Part shown: positions 12,347-22,574 of the stretch, piece after piece | Position numbering within the stretch: the stretch's first letter is position 1 | Layout of the letters: the number at the start of each line of letters is the position of its first letter | Assembly (NCBI GenBank): GCA_030390025.1 | Contig: JASTWF010000180.1 | Location: forward strand, 744,001-808,000 | Length of the DNA: 64,000 nt | Direction: 5' to 3' | Source: Squalus acanthias | Lineage: Eukaryota | Program-made: the position numbers and the translations under genes | Notes under the pieces: generated by a model | What the model was told of the DNA's origin: nothing | What the model saw: the letters and a program-made list of their open reading frames with translations, nothing else | Database searches by the model: none

Positions 12347-12862
12347 TAGATAAAGAGGTGGAGAGGTTTAGGGAGAGAATGCCAGAACTTGGTGCCGAGG
12401 TCGGTGGACCAACCGACTGACATTCGGAGAGAAAAGTGTCAGAAATAATAACTTTGCTCAATTGCTGGCCGCCCATCCTGTGCGCTGGAAAGTTGTGAAA
12501 TGGCTCCCCATTCGAGAGATGAAACATATAATCCAAGATGATAATCCAGGGCAGTACTGAGGGAGGGTTCCACTTTCAGAGATACTTGGAAATCTATTGG
12601 AGAGTTCTGATGAACTGATATATAAATGGTAGCCCTACATTGTTAATGAAAAAGAAATAAGTCATGTTTAGGCTATAAACAGGCTAAAAAAGTGTGCATG
12701 TTAGTATCATAATTATCAATGATCATTTTAAACGGTTTGTACAGATAGTTTCACAATAATGGGATTCAGTGAGACCAAATATTCAAATATAACCGCCTGA
12801 CAGAGCAGTAATGAACTAAAGTTAGCCTGAAGGGAGTTTTTGTTAAAGGACGCAATGCTGTG

Positions 12863-12922
12863 TGAATGATGGAACTAAGAAGCTTACCTTTGGAAAAGGG
12901 ACAAAGTTAACTGTGGAGCCAA
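12863..12922 (+). CDS. TRAJ: TCR alpha J segment J14: NDGTKKLTFGKGTKLTVEP (same coding sequence as J10)
   Basis: RSS 12835-12862, FGKG, donor GTAGGT. Confidence 0.95.
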
Positions 12923-13850
12923 GTAGGTATTCATTAATAACTACAGACTGTCTATTTACTGACATATATGTTCTCTGAACTGCCGACAATGTATCAAATC
13001 ATTTCTCTATACGATCAATTAATCCTGACAATTGAAACATTTATACCGCATCTTATTGCAGTATGGATATGATAATTCAAGTATTTTGTGATGGTTATGG
13101 GAAGTGCAGTTAATTGTCTGCCATTGTGAACCTCATTAAGTTAAAATGATGATCTGAATTGATCATGATTACCTGGATCCATTTTCCTTTGGGGAAATGC
13201 CAAACAACATTAAACAACAACAACTTGAATTATCAAACAAAATTTCACACCGAGCCACATAAAGAAATATTAGGACAGGTGACCAAATGCTTGGTCCAGA
13301 ACGTAGGTCTTAAGGAGCGTCTTAAAGGAGGGGAGAGAAATAAAGAGGTGGAGAGGCTTAGGGAGAGAATGACAGCCCTTGGTGCCGAGGTAGGGTGGAC
13401 CAACCGACTGACACTGGGAGAGAAAAGTGTGAGAAATCATAACTTGGCTCAATTGTTGGCCGCCCATCCTGTGTTGGAAAGTTGTGAGATGGATCCCCAC
13501 TCTAGAGATGAAACATATAATCCAAGATGATAATCCAGGGATGCACTGAGGGAGGGTTCCAATCTCAGAGATAATTGGAAATCTATTGGAGGGTTCTGAT
13601 GAACTGATATATAAATGGTAGCCCTACATTTTTAATGAACAATTAATAAGTTATTCTTGGGCTATAAACAGGCTTAAAAACGTCACGTGTGCCTAATAAT
13701 TATCAATGGTCATTTAAAATGGTTTGTACAGATCGTTTCACAATAATGGGATTGAGTGAGACCAAGTATTCAAATATAACCTGCCAGAAAGAGCAGCAAT
13801 GTTCTGAAATTAGTCTGAAGGGAGTTTTTGTTCAAGGCCGCAATGCTGTG

Positions 13851-13904
13851 TGAACTATGACAAGCTTATCTTTGGAAAAGGGACAAAGTTAACTGTGTTG
13901 CCAA
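13851..13904 (+). CDS. TRAJ: TCR alpha J segment J15: NYDKLIFGKGTKLTVLP
   Basis: RSS 13823-13850, FGKG, donor GTAGGT. Shortest family member (54 nt). Confidence 0.95.
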
Positions 13905-14845
13905 GTAGGTATTCATTAATAACTATAGACTGTCTATTTCCTTACATATATGTGTGTGTTCTCTGTACTGCCCACAATGTACCAAATCATTTCTCTGATA
14001 TGTTCAATTAATCCTGAATATTGAAACATTTATGTCGCTTCTTATTGGAGTAAGCATATGATAATTCAATTATTTTGAGATGGTGATGGGAAGTGCATTT
14101 AATTGTCTGCCATTGTGCCACTTATTAACCTAAAATGATGATCTGAATAGAACATGATTACCTGCATCCATTTTCTTTGGGAAAATGCCAAATAATGTTG
14201 TGTATTAAACAACAACAACAACTTGTATTATCAATCAAAATTTCACACCGAGCCACAAAAAAAAATATTAGAATGGCTGATCGAAAGCTTGCTCCAGCAC
14301 GTAGGTTTTAAGCAGAGTAGTAAATGAGGAGAGAGAAATAAAGAGGTGGAGAGGTTTGGGGAGAGAATGATGGACCTTGGTGCCTCGGTAGCTGAACCAA
14401 CCAACTGAAGTTTAGAGAGAAAAGTGTCAGAACTAATAACTTTGCTCAATTGCTGACAGCCCATCCTGTGCGTTAGAAGGTTGTGAGATGTATCCGCACT
14501 CTAGAGAAATATATAATCCAAGATGATAATCCAGGGAAGTACAGAGACACTGTAGCACTTTCAGAGGTACTTGATAATCTTTCATAGAGCTCTGATGAAA
14601 GATATATAAATGGTTGCCCTACATTTTTAATGAACAATTAATAAGTTATTCTTGGGCTATTAGCAAGCTTTAAAAAGTCTTGTGCGCCTAATAATTATCA
14701 ATAGTCATTTAAAATGGTTTGTCCAGATAGTTTCAAAATACTGGGATTGAGTGATACCAAGTATTCAAATATAACCGCCAGACAGAGCAGGAATGTACTA
14801 AAGTTAGTCTGAAGGGAGTTTTTGTTAAAGGCCGGCAATGCTGTG

Positions 14846-14908
14846 TGAATGCTGGAGCTACCAATAAGCTAACCTTTGGAAAAGGGACAAAGTTAACTGT
14901 GTTGCCAA
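14846..14908 (+). CDS. TRAJ: TCR alpha J segment J16: NAGATNKLTFGKGTKLTVLP
   Basis: RSS 14817-14845 with 13-bp spacer, FGKG, donor GTAGGT. Confidence 0.92.
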
Positions 14909-15214
14909 GTAGGTATTCATTAATAACTATAGACTGTCTATTTACTTACATATATGTGTGTGTTCTCTGCACTGCCTGCAATGTATCAAATCGTTTCTCT
15001 ATATGTCGAATTAATCTGCAATATTGGAACATTTATGCCGCTTCTTATTGGGGTAGGGATATGATAATTCAGATATTATGAGTGATGGTTCTGATCAGTG
15101 CAGTTAATTGTCTGCCATTGTGCACCTTAGTAACATAAAATTATTATCTGAATTGAACACGATTACCTGAATCCATTTCCCTTTTGCAAAATGCCAAACA
15201 ATGTGGGGTAAAAA

Positions 15215-15530
15215 AAACAACATTTCGCGCCTTTACCTTAGTAAAACTTCCCGAGGCGTTTCACAGGAGTGTTACCAGCAAAATTTCACACCGAGCCACA
15301 TAAGGAAATATTAGGATAGGTGCTTGGTCAAGGATGTAGGCTTCAAGGAGTGTCTTAAAGGAGGAGAGAGAGGGTTGGAGAGGCGGAGAGGTTTAGGGAG
15401 GGAATTCCAGACTTTGGGGCCTAGGCTGCCCTAGGTGGACCGGTGGAAATCTGGGATTCGCAAGAAGCCAGAATTGGAGGAGTGCAGATATCTCAGAGTG
15501 GTGTAGGGCTGGAGGGATTTGAACAATAAA
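15215..15530 (-). mobile_element. L2-like LINE 3' fragment (paralogous copy at ~21165-21535; shorter copies in most array units)
   Basis: CAACAACTTG…GCGCCTT…CACCGAGCCACATAAGGA…GGAGAGGTTTAGGGAGGGAATTCCAG motif, also at 58305-59400. Its tail resembles that of the Deu-SINE copies. Family assigned from memory. Confidence 0.65.
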
Positions 15531-15836
15531 GTTGAACTGTGAAGGATTACTATGATTCTGTGGTTAACAACATTGTTTTCAGGTAGTGCAAGTTTCAGAA
15601 GGATTTAGCTAAATGTCAATCTTTGCAAGATCTATGCGAACAATACAATGACAACAGAAAGTAATATAACTGGGCAAGCATTATACCTCTGTAATGTGGG
15701 ATCACTACTGCATTGCTCACTAATAAAATGCCAATATTATTAATTGTACGATCTAACTTTCGACCAATATGTATTTACGACATCTTATTCCTAAAAGATT
15801 TAATGACATGTAACATTTAAGCATCTTGAACTTCCA

Positions 15837-16468
15837 CACGCAGATTGGGTGACCGCTTTGCGGAACACCTCCGTTCAGTCCGTAAGGGTGACCCCGAGCT
15901 TCCGGTCGCCTGTCACTTTAATTCTCCGCTCCACTCCCACTCTGACCTCTCCATCCTCGGCCTCTTACACTGTTCCAATGAAGCTCAACGTAAGCTCGAG
16001 GAACAGCTCCTCATCTTTCGATTAGGCACTTTACAGCCCTCTGGACTCAACACTGAGTTCAACAATTTCAGACCATAACCTCGGCTCCTATCCTTTTTCT
16101 CTCTCACATGGCAGCTGTCGATCATTCTGTCATTGCCATTTACACTTCATCTAGAGTCATCTTTTGTTTCTTAACTTGTCCCATTACCATCTCCCTTTGC
16201 CTCGCACCATCGTCCCTTTTGTCTCTTAATCTCTCCTGCCTTCCATCCTATCACAGACCTTCCCTTTTGTTCTTTCCTCCCCCCTCTCCCTGCCCCTACA
16301 CTTGCTTTAAAACCTGTTACATCTCCAACTTTTTCCAGTTCTGACGAAGGGTCGTCGACCTGAAACGTTAACTCTGTTTCTCTCTCCACAGATGCTGCCT
16401 GACCTGCTGAGTATTTCCAGCATTTTCTGTTTTTATTTCAGATTTCCAGCATCCGCAGTATTTTGCTT
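15837..16468 (+). mobile_element. Penelope-like retroelement 3' fragment (GIY-YIG C-terminus + pLTR)
   Basis: ORF GDRFAEHLRSVRKGDPELPVACHFN…RKLEEQLLIFRLGTLQPSGLN. 11-bp TSD TTGAACTTCCA at 15826-15836 and 16469-16479. Confidence 0.9.
16337..16373 (+). ncRNA. Minimal type I hammerhead ribozyme motif in the Penelope pLTR
   Basis: AGTT-CTGACGA-AGGGTC-GTC-GACCT-GAAAC-GTT-AACT: CUGANGA core, stem II, GAAA, palindromic ACGU stem III, stem I AGTT/AACT. Confidence 0.7.
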
Positions 16469-16558
16469 TTGAACTTCCATACTCCTGACTGGGGGGATTG
16501 GGGAGTGGCGAGTACAAGTAGGGATGCATCGGGTTTGTCCTGGAAGGATAACATTGTG

Positions 16559-16618
16559 TGAGTAACGGACCACCCAAGATTGTATTTGGAAATGGCACAA
16601 AAATAACTCAGGGGCTTA
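16559..16618 (+). CDS. TRAJ: TCR alpha J segment J17 (atypical): SNGPPKIVFGNGTKITQGL
   Basis: Heptamer CATTGTG 16552-16558, weak nonamer GGGTTTGTC 16531-16539, FGNG, donor GTAAGT. Confidence 0.8.
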
Positions 16619-16900
16619 GTAAGTATCAGCCCTTTAAACCACAAAAGAAGATATTTTTCAGGGCCATTCATTTTTCTTGCAAATTGGAGTATAGCCATCA
16701 ATTACATTATTTTGGGACTATAATATGCCCCACTGGAAGGGTGATTTGGAAGCAGAATTATACTTATGACAAATTGACAATAAATGTATAAGGAATGCAT
16801 TCTAATTGGAGCTCAATACAGTTAGTGACATAATAAACTGAGGTGCAAATGGAGTTCCTTGTTATTACCATGGGGTTTTTGAAAGTGGCGCATTGCTATG

Positions 16901-16963
16901 AGACCCCTTGAACCAAAACTAAACTCACCTTTGGAAGTGGGATCACAATCTTTGTAGAATCCA
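16901..16963 (+). pseudogene. TRAJ: Pseudo J-alpha J18: TP*TKTKLTFGSGITIFVES
   Basis: Heptamer TGCTATG has lost the essential GTG, and there is an in-frame TGA near the 5' end. FGSG and the GTAAGT donor remain. Confidence 0.85.
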
Positions 16964-17086
16964 GTAAGTATTTATTTTAATTTATATGCTGCGGTAAGTT
17001 AAGTTGTATATAAGCAAGTGATAGGCATAAATATATACATGACCAACATGATTAGAGTCGACATGGAGAAAGATGGAGAAATCTTC

Positions 17087-17285
17087 AAAAGTAAAATACT
17101 GCGGATGCTGGAAATCTGAAATGAAAACAGAAAATGCTGGAAATACTCAGCGGGTCAGGCAGCATCTGTGGAGAGAGAAACAGAGTTAACGTTTCAGGTC
17201 GATGACCTGTCATCAGTACTGGAAGAAGTTAGAGATTTAACAGATTATTAGCAAGTACAAAGCCGGACAAAAGGGAGTTGGAGGT
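17087..17285 (-). mobile_element. Penelope-like pLTR fragment (paralogue at ~21933-22112)
   Basis: AAATACTGCGGATGCTGGAAATCTGAAA…GTTTCAGGTCGATGACC…CATCAG, the reverse complement of the 16340-16468 tail. Confidence 0.85.
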
Positions 17286-17458
17286 GTTACTAAATATTAA
17301 TTAAAAGGGAAGACGAGTAACACAATTCTCTCTATGCTACACGGTATTATAACAAGATTAGAATTCTCTATTCGGTAACCTGGACAGATCTGTATTCTGG
17401 TGAGCATTAGACCCGAGAATTAGGAGAATAGGTTTTTGCACTGGCATATAATACTGTG

Positions 17459-17515
17459 CGGGTTATGGCAATGAGCTCACATTCGGACCTGGAACCAAGT
17501 TAACAGTAATACCAA
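17459..17515 (+). CDS. TRAJ: TCR alpha J segment J19: GYGNELTFGPGTKLTVIP
   Basis: RSS GGTTTTTGC-12-TACTGTG 17431-17458, FGPG, donor GTAAGT. Confidence 0.93.
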
Positions 17516-17846
17516 GTAAGTTAAGTATTGTAATATGTAGACTCAGTAAAATAATAGTTATTAGATGACGACTTAGAATGTTAGTTACAAAATCCGAACT
17601 GCAGCTATCTGCTTTGTCCCATTGAAACGCTTAGCCAAGTCATGTAATACAGTTCTCGAGCTTGCTGCGTGTTCATTGCCATTGGTCATCTGCAACTAAA
17701 TAGGTTGGGAATAATTACAGATATCGGGTGGAATGACGATACACACTCAATACAATATTATTATAATGGTGGGATGAGTTAACCAACATTAAACAAATAA
17801 AACTGTCAAGGAATGTCTTTTGATAATTTACATTGATGCCTCTGTA

Positions 17847-18056
17847 NNNNNNNNNNNNNNNNNNNNNNNNNNNNNNNNNNNNNNNNNNNNNNNNNNNNNN
17901 NNNNNNNNNNNNNNNNNNNNNNNNNNNNNNNNNNNNNNNNNNNNNNNNNNNNNNNNNNNNNNNNNNNNNNNNNNNNNNNNNNNNNNNNNNNNNNNNNNNN
18001 NNNNNNNNNNNNNNNNNNNNNNNNNNNNNNNNNNNNNNNNNNNNNNNNNNNNNNNN
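17847..18056. other. N-run (masked or unresolved simple repeat). Others at 23275-23541, 29475-29744, 31437-31682, 33417-33648, 38973-39114, 39213-39347.
   Basis: Runs of N flanked by (TAGA)/(TACA)/(TG) microsatellite-like sequence; the J-region runs sit at homologous positions in duplicated units. Confidence 0.85.
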
Positions 18057-18207
18057 AGACAGAAACATAGATAGACAGACAGATGCAAAGATATATGTAA
18101 ATTAACCTCAGGTAAAATAGTTGGCTGTTACTTTAAATTTAATCGGTAAGATAGACAAAGAAGAAGAATTAACTCAGAAGGCTTTTGTTAGTCAGTGTAG
18201 GACCTTG

Positions 18208-18261
18208 TGAATGATTGGAACTACAAGCTCATTTCTGGGACTAGACTAATCGTGGGACCCA
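18208..18261 (+). pseudogene. TRAJ: J-alpha-like ORF J20 lacking FG: NDWNYKLISGTRLIVGP
   Basis: Nonamer GGCTTTTGT 18180-18188, defective heptamer GACCTTG, 6-nt loss of Phe-Gly, donor GTGAGT intact. Confidence 0.8.
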
Positions 18262-18466
18262 GTGAGTATTGTGCTAGGAAAGAATAATGACAGAAATCTG
18301 ATTGAAAGAAATTAAAGAATTATCATGAGTAATCCAACAAAGATAACAATTAGATTGTTTACTTATTTCAATTCTTTGAAATAAAAATGAGAATGAATGT
18401 GTAGTGACGGTGGTACATCGGGAAGCAGCACTATCCTGAGTTCTTGTGAAGGGATAAATTACTGTG

Positions 18467-18529
18467 TGAAATCGGGAGGATATGAAAAAATGGTATTTGG
18501 AGGTGGCACCAAGCTCATTGTTAATCCCG
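18467..18529 (+). CDS. TRAJ: TCR alpha J segment J21: KSGGYEKMVFGGGTKLIVNP
   Basis: RSS AGTTCTTGT-12-TACTGTG 18439-18466, FGGG, donor GTAAGA. Confidence 0.93.
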
Positions 18530-18871
18530 GTAAGATCTCAATAATAGTTACTCAAAATTACCCTGTAAATTAGTTTGCAAGCAAGTCAAAATTCTGGTCA
18601 AAATAACGTACAGGTGGCCAATGGACACCAAGTAGATCTAGCCAAAATTAAACTATAGTTTTACATTCTGTAACGTGGTAGCGTTAATGTCTGAGACCGA
18701 CTGCACCTATATTGATTTGAATGAGCTGGGAATAATGCAAGATTAGCCACTTGTTAATATTTTAACTTGGAATATTGATAATCCATAACTATAACATACA
18801 GTTGATTCCGTATCTAGTCAATATGCTTGGCATCAGATAAAAGGGTTTATGCACTGGTATGTAATGCTGTG

Positions 18872-18928
18872 TGAGTAATCTCAATAAGCTAATATTTGGA
18901 TCTGGGACCAAACTAATCGTGCAACCTA
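18872..18928 (+). CDS. TRAJ: TCR alpha J segment J22: SNLNKLIFGSGTKLIVQP
   Basis: RSS GGTTTATGC-12-TGCTGTG 18844-18871, FGSG, donor GTAAGT. Confidence 0.93.
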
Positions 18929-19029
18929 GTAAGTGAAGTTTAATTCTGTACTTTTTGTCATGATGATGATAGTCAAAATATCGTTTTGTTAATAAGTATC
19001 ATCAGTTCGTTAAATTAACAGTAAATGAT

Positions 19030-20028
19030 AACTATCAGGAAAGACTGAACAGGCTGGGGGTAATTTCATCATTTCTCAAGAACAGAGAAGGCCGAGAGGT
19101 GGCCTGACAGGGGTCTTTAAAATTATGAAGGGGTTTGATAGAGTAGGCGTAGAGAAGATGTTTCAATTTGTGGGGGACATCAAAACTAGGGGACATCCAT
19201 ATTAGATTGTCACTAACAAATGCAGTAAAAATTCAGGGGAAACTTTTTTACCCAGAGAGTGTTGAGAGTGTGGAACTCGCTACCACATGGAGTAGTTGAT
19301 GGGAATAGCATAGATGAATTTAACATAAGCACATGAGGAAGAAAGGATTAGAAGGATATGCATAAAGGGTTCGATAAAGTAGGGAGGGAGGAGGCACAGG
19401 CCAGTTGGGCTGAATGGCCTGTTTCTGTGCTTGAAATTAGATGTAATTTATAAAGCGCTGGTTAGGTCACAACTGAGTATTGCGTCCAGTTCTGGTCACC
19501 ACACTTTAGGAAGGATGTGAAGGCCCTTTGAGTGGGTGCAGAGGAGATTTACCAGAATGGTTCCGGGGATGGGGAACCTTAGCTACAAGGACAGGTTGGA
19601 GAAGCTGGATTTGTTTTCATTAGAGCAAAGGTGGTTGAGGGGTGATTTGATAGAGGTGTATAAGATTATGACAGGTTTGGATAGGCTAGACGGGGAAAGG
19701 CTGTTCCCACTAGTTGATGGTACAAGGACTAGGGGACACAGATTTAAGGTTTTGGGCAAGAGATACAGGGGGGATGTGAGGAAAAACTTTTTTATGCAGC
19801 GAGTGGTGATGACCTGGAACTCGCTGCCGACGGTAGTGGTGGAAGCGGAGACACTCAATGTTTTCAAGGGGAGACTGGATAGGCACTTGAGGGAAATAAA
19901 CTTGCAGGGCTACGGGGATAGAGCGGAGGAATGGGACTGACTGGATTGCTCTACAGAGAGCTGGCACGGACTCATTGGGCCGAATGCCCTCCTGCTGTGC
20001 CATATGACTCTATGACTCTATGACTCTA
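19030..20028 (+). mobile_element. Two tandem CR1 LINE 3' fragments (older ~19030-19445; younger ~19449-20028)
   Basis: ORF QRRFTRMVPG…LRGDLIEVYKIM…RVVMTWNSLP, with a (CTATGACT)n tail. Confidence 0.9.
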
Positions 20029-20205
20029 ATTGTATGTACAAGTTATTTGGTATGGAGATATTAACTGTTTGCCCATCATAAATTCAAAGGTAATCGTTCT
20101 AAAACTTAACTCAAAAAACGGATGGTTCCTTAAGAAATAACAAGTGATGTAATGTCTGGGAATGTCTGGCTGGGGAAGGTTTTAGTATCAGTATATCAGG
20201 CTGTG

Positions 20206-20265
20206 TGAATGTTGCTAATAATAAGCTGATCTTTGGAACTGGGACCAGGCTCAATGTTATACCAA
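20206..20265 (+). CDS. TRAJ: TCR alpha J segment J23: NVANNKLIFGTGTRLNVIP
   Basis: RSS GGTTTTAGT-12-GGCTGTG 20178-20205, FGTG, donor GTAAGT. Confidence 0.93.
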
Positions 20266-20798
20266 GTAAGTGAGATGTTTAAGGATGTCTGTTTTATGTC
20301 TTAGAACATAAAAGAGAAGCATGCCATCAAATTAATTGAAATGTGGATCAAATTAAGTTTTACATCATTTGTCAAAAATCATAACTTTGCTCGGTTGCTG
20401 TCAGCCCCTCCTGTGCGTTAGAAAGTTGTGAGATGGATCCTCGCTCTATACCTAAAACATGTCATCCAAATAGATAGTTCAGGGAAGTACTGAGGGAGGG
20501 TTCCACCTTCAGAACTACTTGGGAAGCATTTGGGGAGTTCTGGTGACCTGATAGATAAATGGTAGCCTTAGCTTTTTAATGAACAAGAAACAAGTTATGC
20601 TTGGGTTAGACACAGAATAAATAAAGAAAATAGTCATGTGAGCCCAATAATTATCAATTATCATTTAAAATGGTTTCTGCACAGAGTTTCACAGTAATGG
20701 ATTGAGTGATTCCAAGTATCAAATATAACCGCCAGACAGAGCAGCAATGTACTACAGTTAGTCTGAAGGGAGTTATTGCAAAAGGCCGCAATGCTGTG

Positions 20799-20861
20799 TG
20801 ACTGCTGGAGCTGACTATAAGCTTATCTTTGGAAAAGGGACAAAGTTAACTGTGGAGCCAA
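20799..20861 (+). CDS. TRAJ: TCR alpha J segment J24 (orphan member of the amplified family): TAGADYKLIFGKGTKLTVEP
   Basis: RSS AGTTATTGC-12-TGCTGTG 20771-20798, FGKG, donor GTAGGT. Flanks match the 1-kb unit. Confidence 0.92.
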
Positions 20862-21745
20862 GTAGGTATTCATTAATAACTATAGACTGTCTATTTACTG
20901 ACATATATGTGTGTGTTCTCTGTACTGCTGACAATGTATCAAATCATTTCTCTCTACGTTCAATTAATCCTGAATATTGAAACATGTATGCCGCTTATTA
21001 TTGGAGTATGGATATGCTAATTCAGTTATTTTGTGATGGTTCTGATCAGTGCAGTTAATTGTCTGCCATTGTGCCCCTTATTAACCTAAAATTATTGTCA
21101 GAATTAAACATGATTACCTGGATCCATTTCCCTTTGGGTAAATGACAAATAATGTGGTACACTAAACAACAACAACTTGGATTTATATAGCGCCTTCAAC
21201 CTAGTAAAGCATCTCAAGGCGTTCCACATGAGCGTTACCAAACAAAATTTCACACCGAGCCATATGTGGAAATATTAGGATAGGCGCTTGGTCAAGGACG
21301 TAGGCTTTCGGGAGCCTCTTAAAGGAGGAGAGAGAGGGTCGGAGAGGTGGAGGGGTTTAGGGAGGGAATTCCAGACCTTGGGATCTGAAGGCATGGCCGC
21401 CAAAGGTGGACCGGTGGGAATCTGGGATGCGCAAGAGGCTAGAATTGGAGGAGTGCAGATATCTCAGCGTGGTGAAGGGCTGGAGGAGGGTGTGGAGATG
21501 GGGAGGGGCGAGGGCATGGAGGGACCTGAACAATAAAGTCATTTTCAGGAACCTTCAGTTTTCTTTGCAAACTGGAGTATAGCCATCAATTGCATTATTT
21601 TGGGGCACTCTAATATGTCCTATTGGAAGGGTGATCTGGCAGCAGCATTATACTTATGACAACTTGGATTTGAGCTCAGTACAGTTAGTGACAAAATGGA
21701 GTTCCTTGCTATTACCATGGGGTTTTAATAAGGGGCGCATTGCTG

Positions 21746-21808
21746 AGACTCTTTGAAGGAAGACTAAGCTCACCATTGGAAGTGGGATCAAAACCTTTGT
21801 AGAATCCA
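21746..21808 (+). pseudogene. TRAJ: Pseudo J-alpha J25 (paralogue of J18)
   Basis: Heptamer disrupted, in-frame TGA, FGSG changed to IGSG, donor GT changed to AT. Confidence 0.8.
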
Positions 21809-22278
21809 ATAAGTAGTTCTTTAACTTTCTACGATATGGTAAGTTAAAGTTGTATATAAACATGTGGTGGGCATCAACATATATATAACCAACATGTTTA
21901 AAGTTGATATGAAGAAAGGATTATTACATATTCAAATACTGCGGATGCTGGAAATCTGAAATAAGAGCAGAAAATGCTGGAAACACTCAGCAGGTCTGTG
22001 GGGAGAGAAGCAGTCAACGTTTCAGGTCGATGACCTTTCATCAGCACTGGAAGAAGTTAGTGATGGAACAGTTTATAAGCAAGTACAAAGCCAGAGAAAA
22101 AAGGGGGTGGATGAGTTGCTAAATATTAATTGAAAGGGAAGGCGAGTAAAACAATTCTCTTTATGCTACACAGTACTATAACAAGAGCTATTCCATAAAG
22201 TGGCCAGATCTATTTTCTGATGAGAATTAGGCACCAGGATTAGGAGAATAGGTTTTTGCACTGGCATATCATACTGTG

Positions 22279-22335
22279 CGGACTATGACAAAAAGCTTAC
22301 ATTCGGACCTGGAAGCAAGTTAACAGTAGTACCAA
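22279..22335 (+). CDS. TRAJ: TCR alpha J segment J26: DYDKKLTFGPGSKLTVVP
   Basis: RSS GGTTTTTGC-12-TACTGTG 22251-22278, FGPG, donor GTAGGT. Paralogue of J19. Confidence 0.92.
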
Positions 22336-22574
22336 GTAGGTTAAGTATTTTACATGTAGACTAATTAAAATAAGGGTTCTTAGGTGACGATTTAGAATGT
22401 TAGTTGCAAAGTCCGAACTCCAGTTATATACTTTGTCCCAATAGAAAGCCCTAGGCAACTCATGTAATACAATTCTAGAGCTTGTGTGTGTGTCACCACT
22501 GGTCATCTGTATCTAGGATAAAAGATTTGGAAAACTTATAGATATGAGGTGGAATTACGATATGCATTCAATGT

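Larger units (their letters stand above)
1..15190 (+). repeat. Tandem array of ~0.64-1.4 kb units, each carrying one RSS + J-alpha segment (16 units; array continues 5' of the window)
   Basis: Near-identical blocks (…AACCGCCAGACAGAG…GAAGGGAGTTTTTGT-12bp-TGCTGTG-J-GTAGGTATTC…) recur. J-to-J spacings are 969,1020,639,637,1246,635,1006,967,1388,1000,968,969,1386,988,995 bp. Confidence 0.97.

Noticed and set aside
1-15190. CRISPR-like or diversity-cassette appearance (constant repeats around short variable stretches)
   Set aside because: Units are ~1 kb with RSS, FGxG and splice donors in vertebrate DNA. There are no cas or dedicated RT genes, and the pattern is fully explained as V(D)J J segments.
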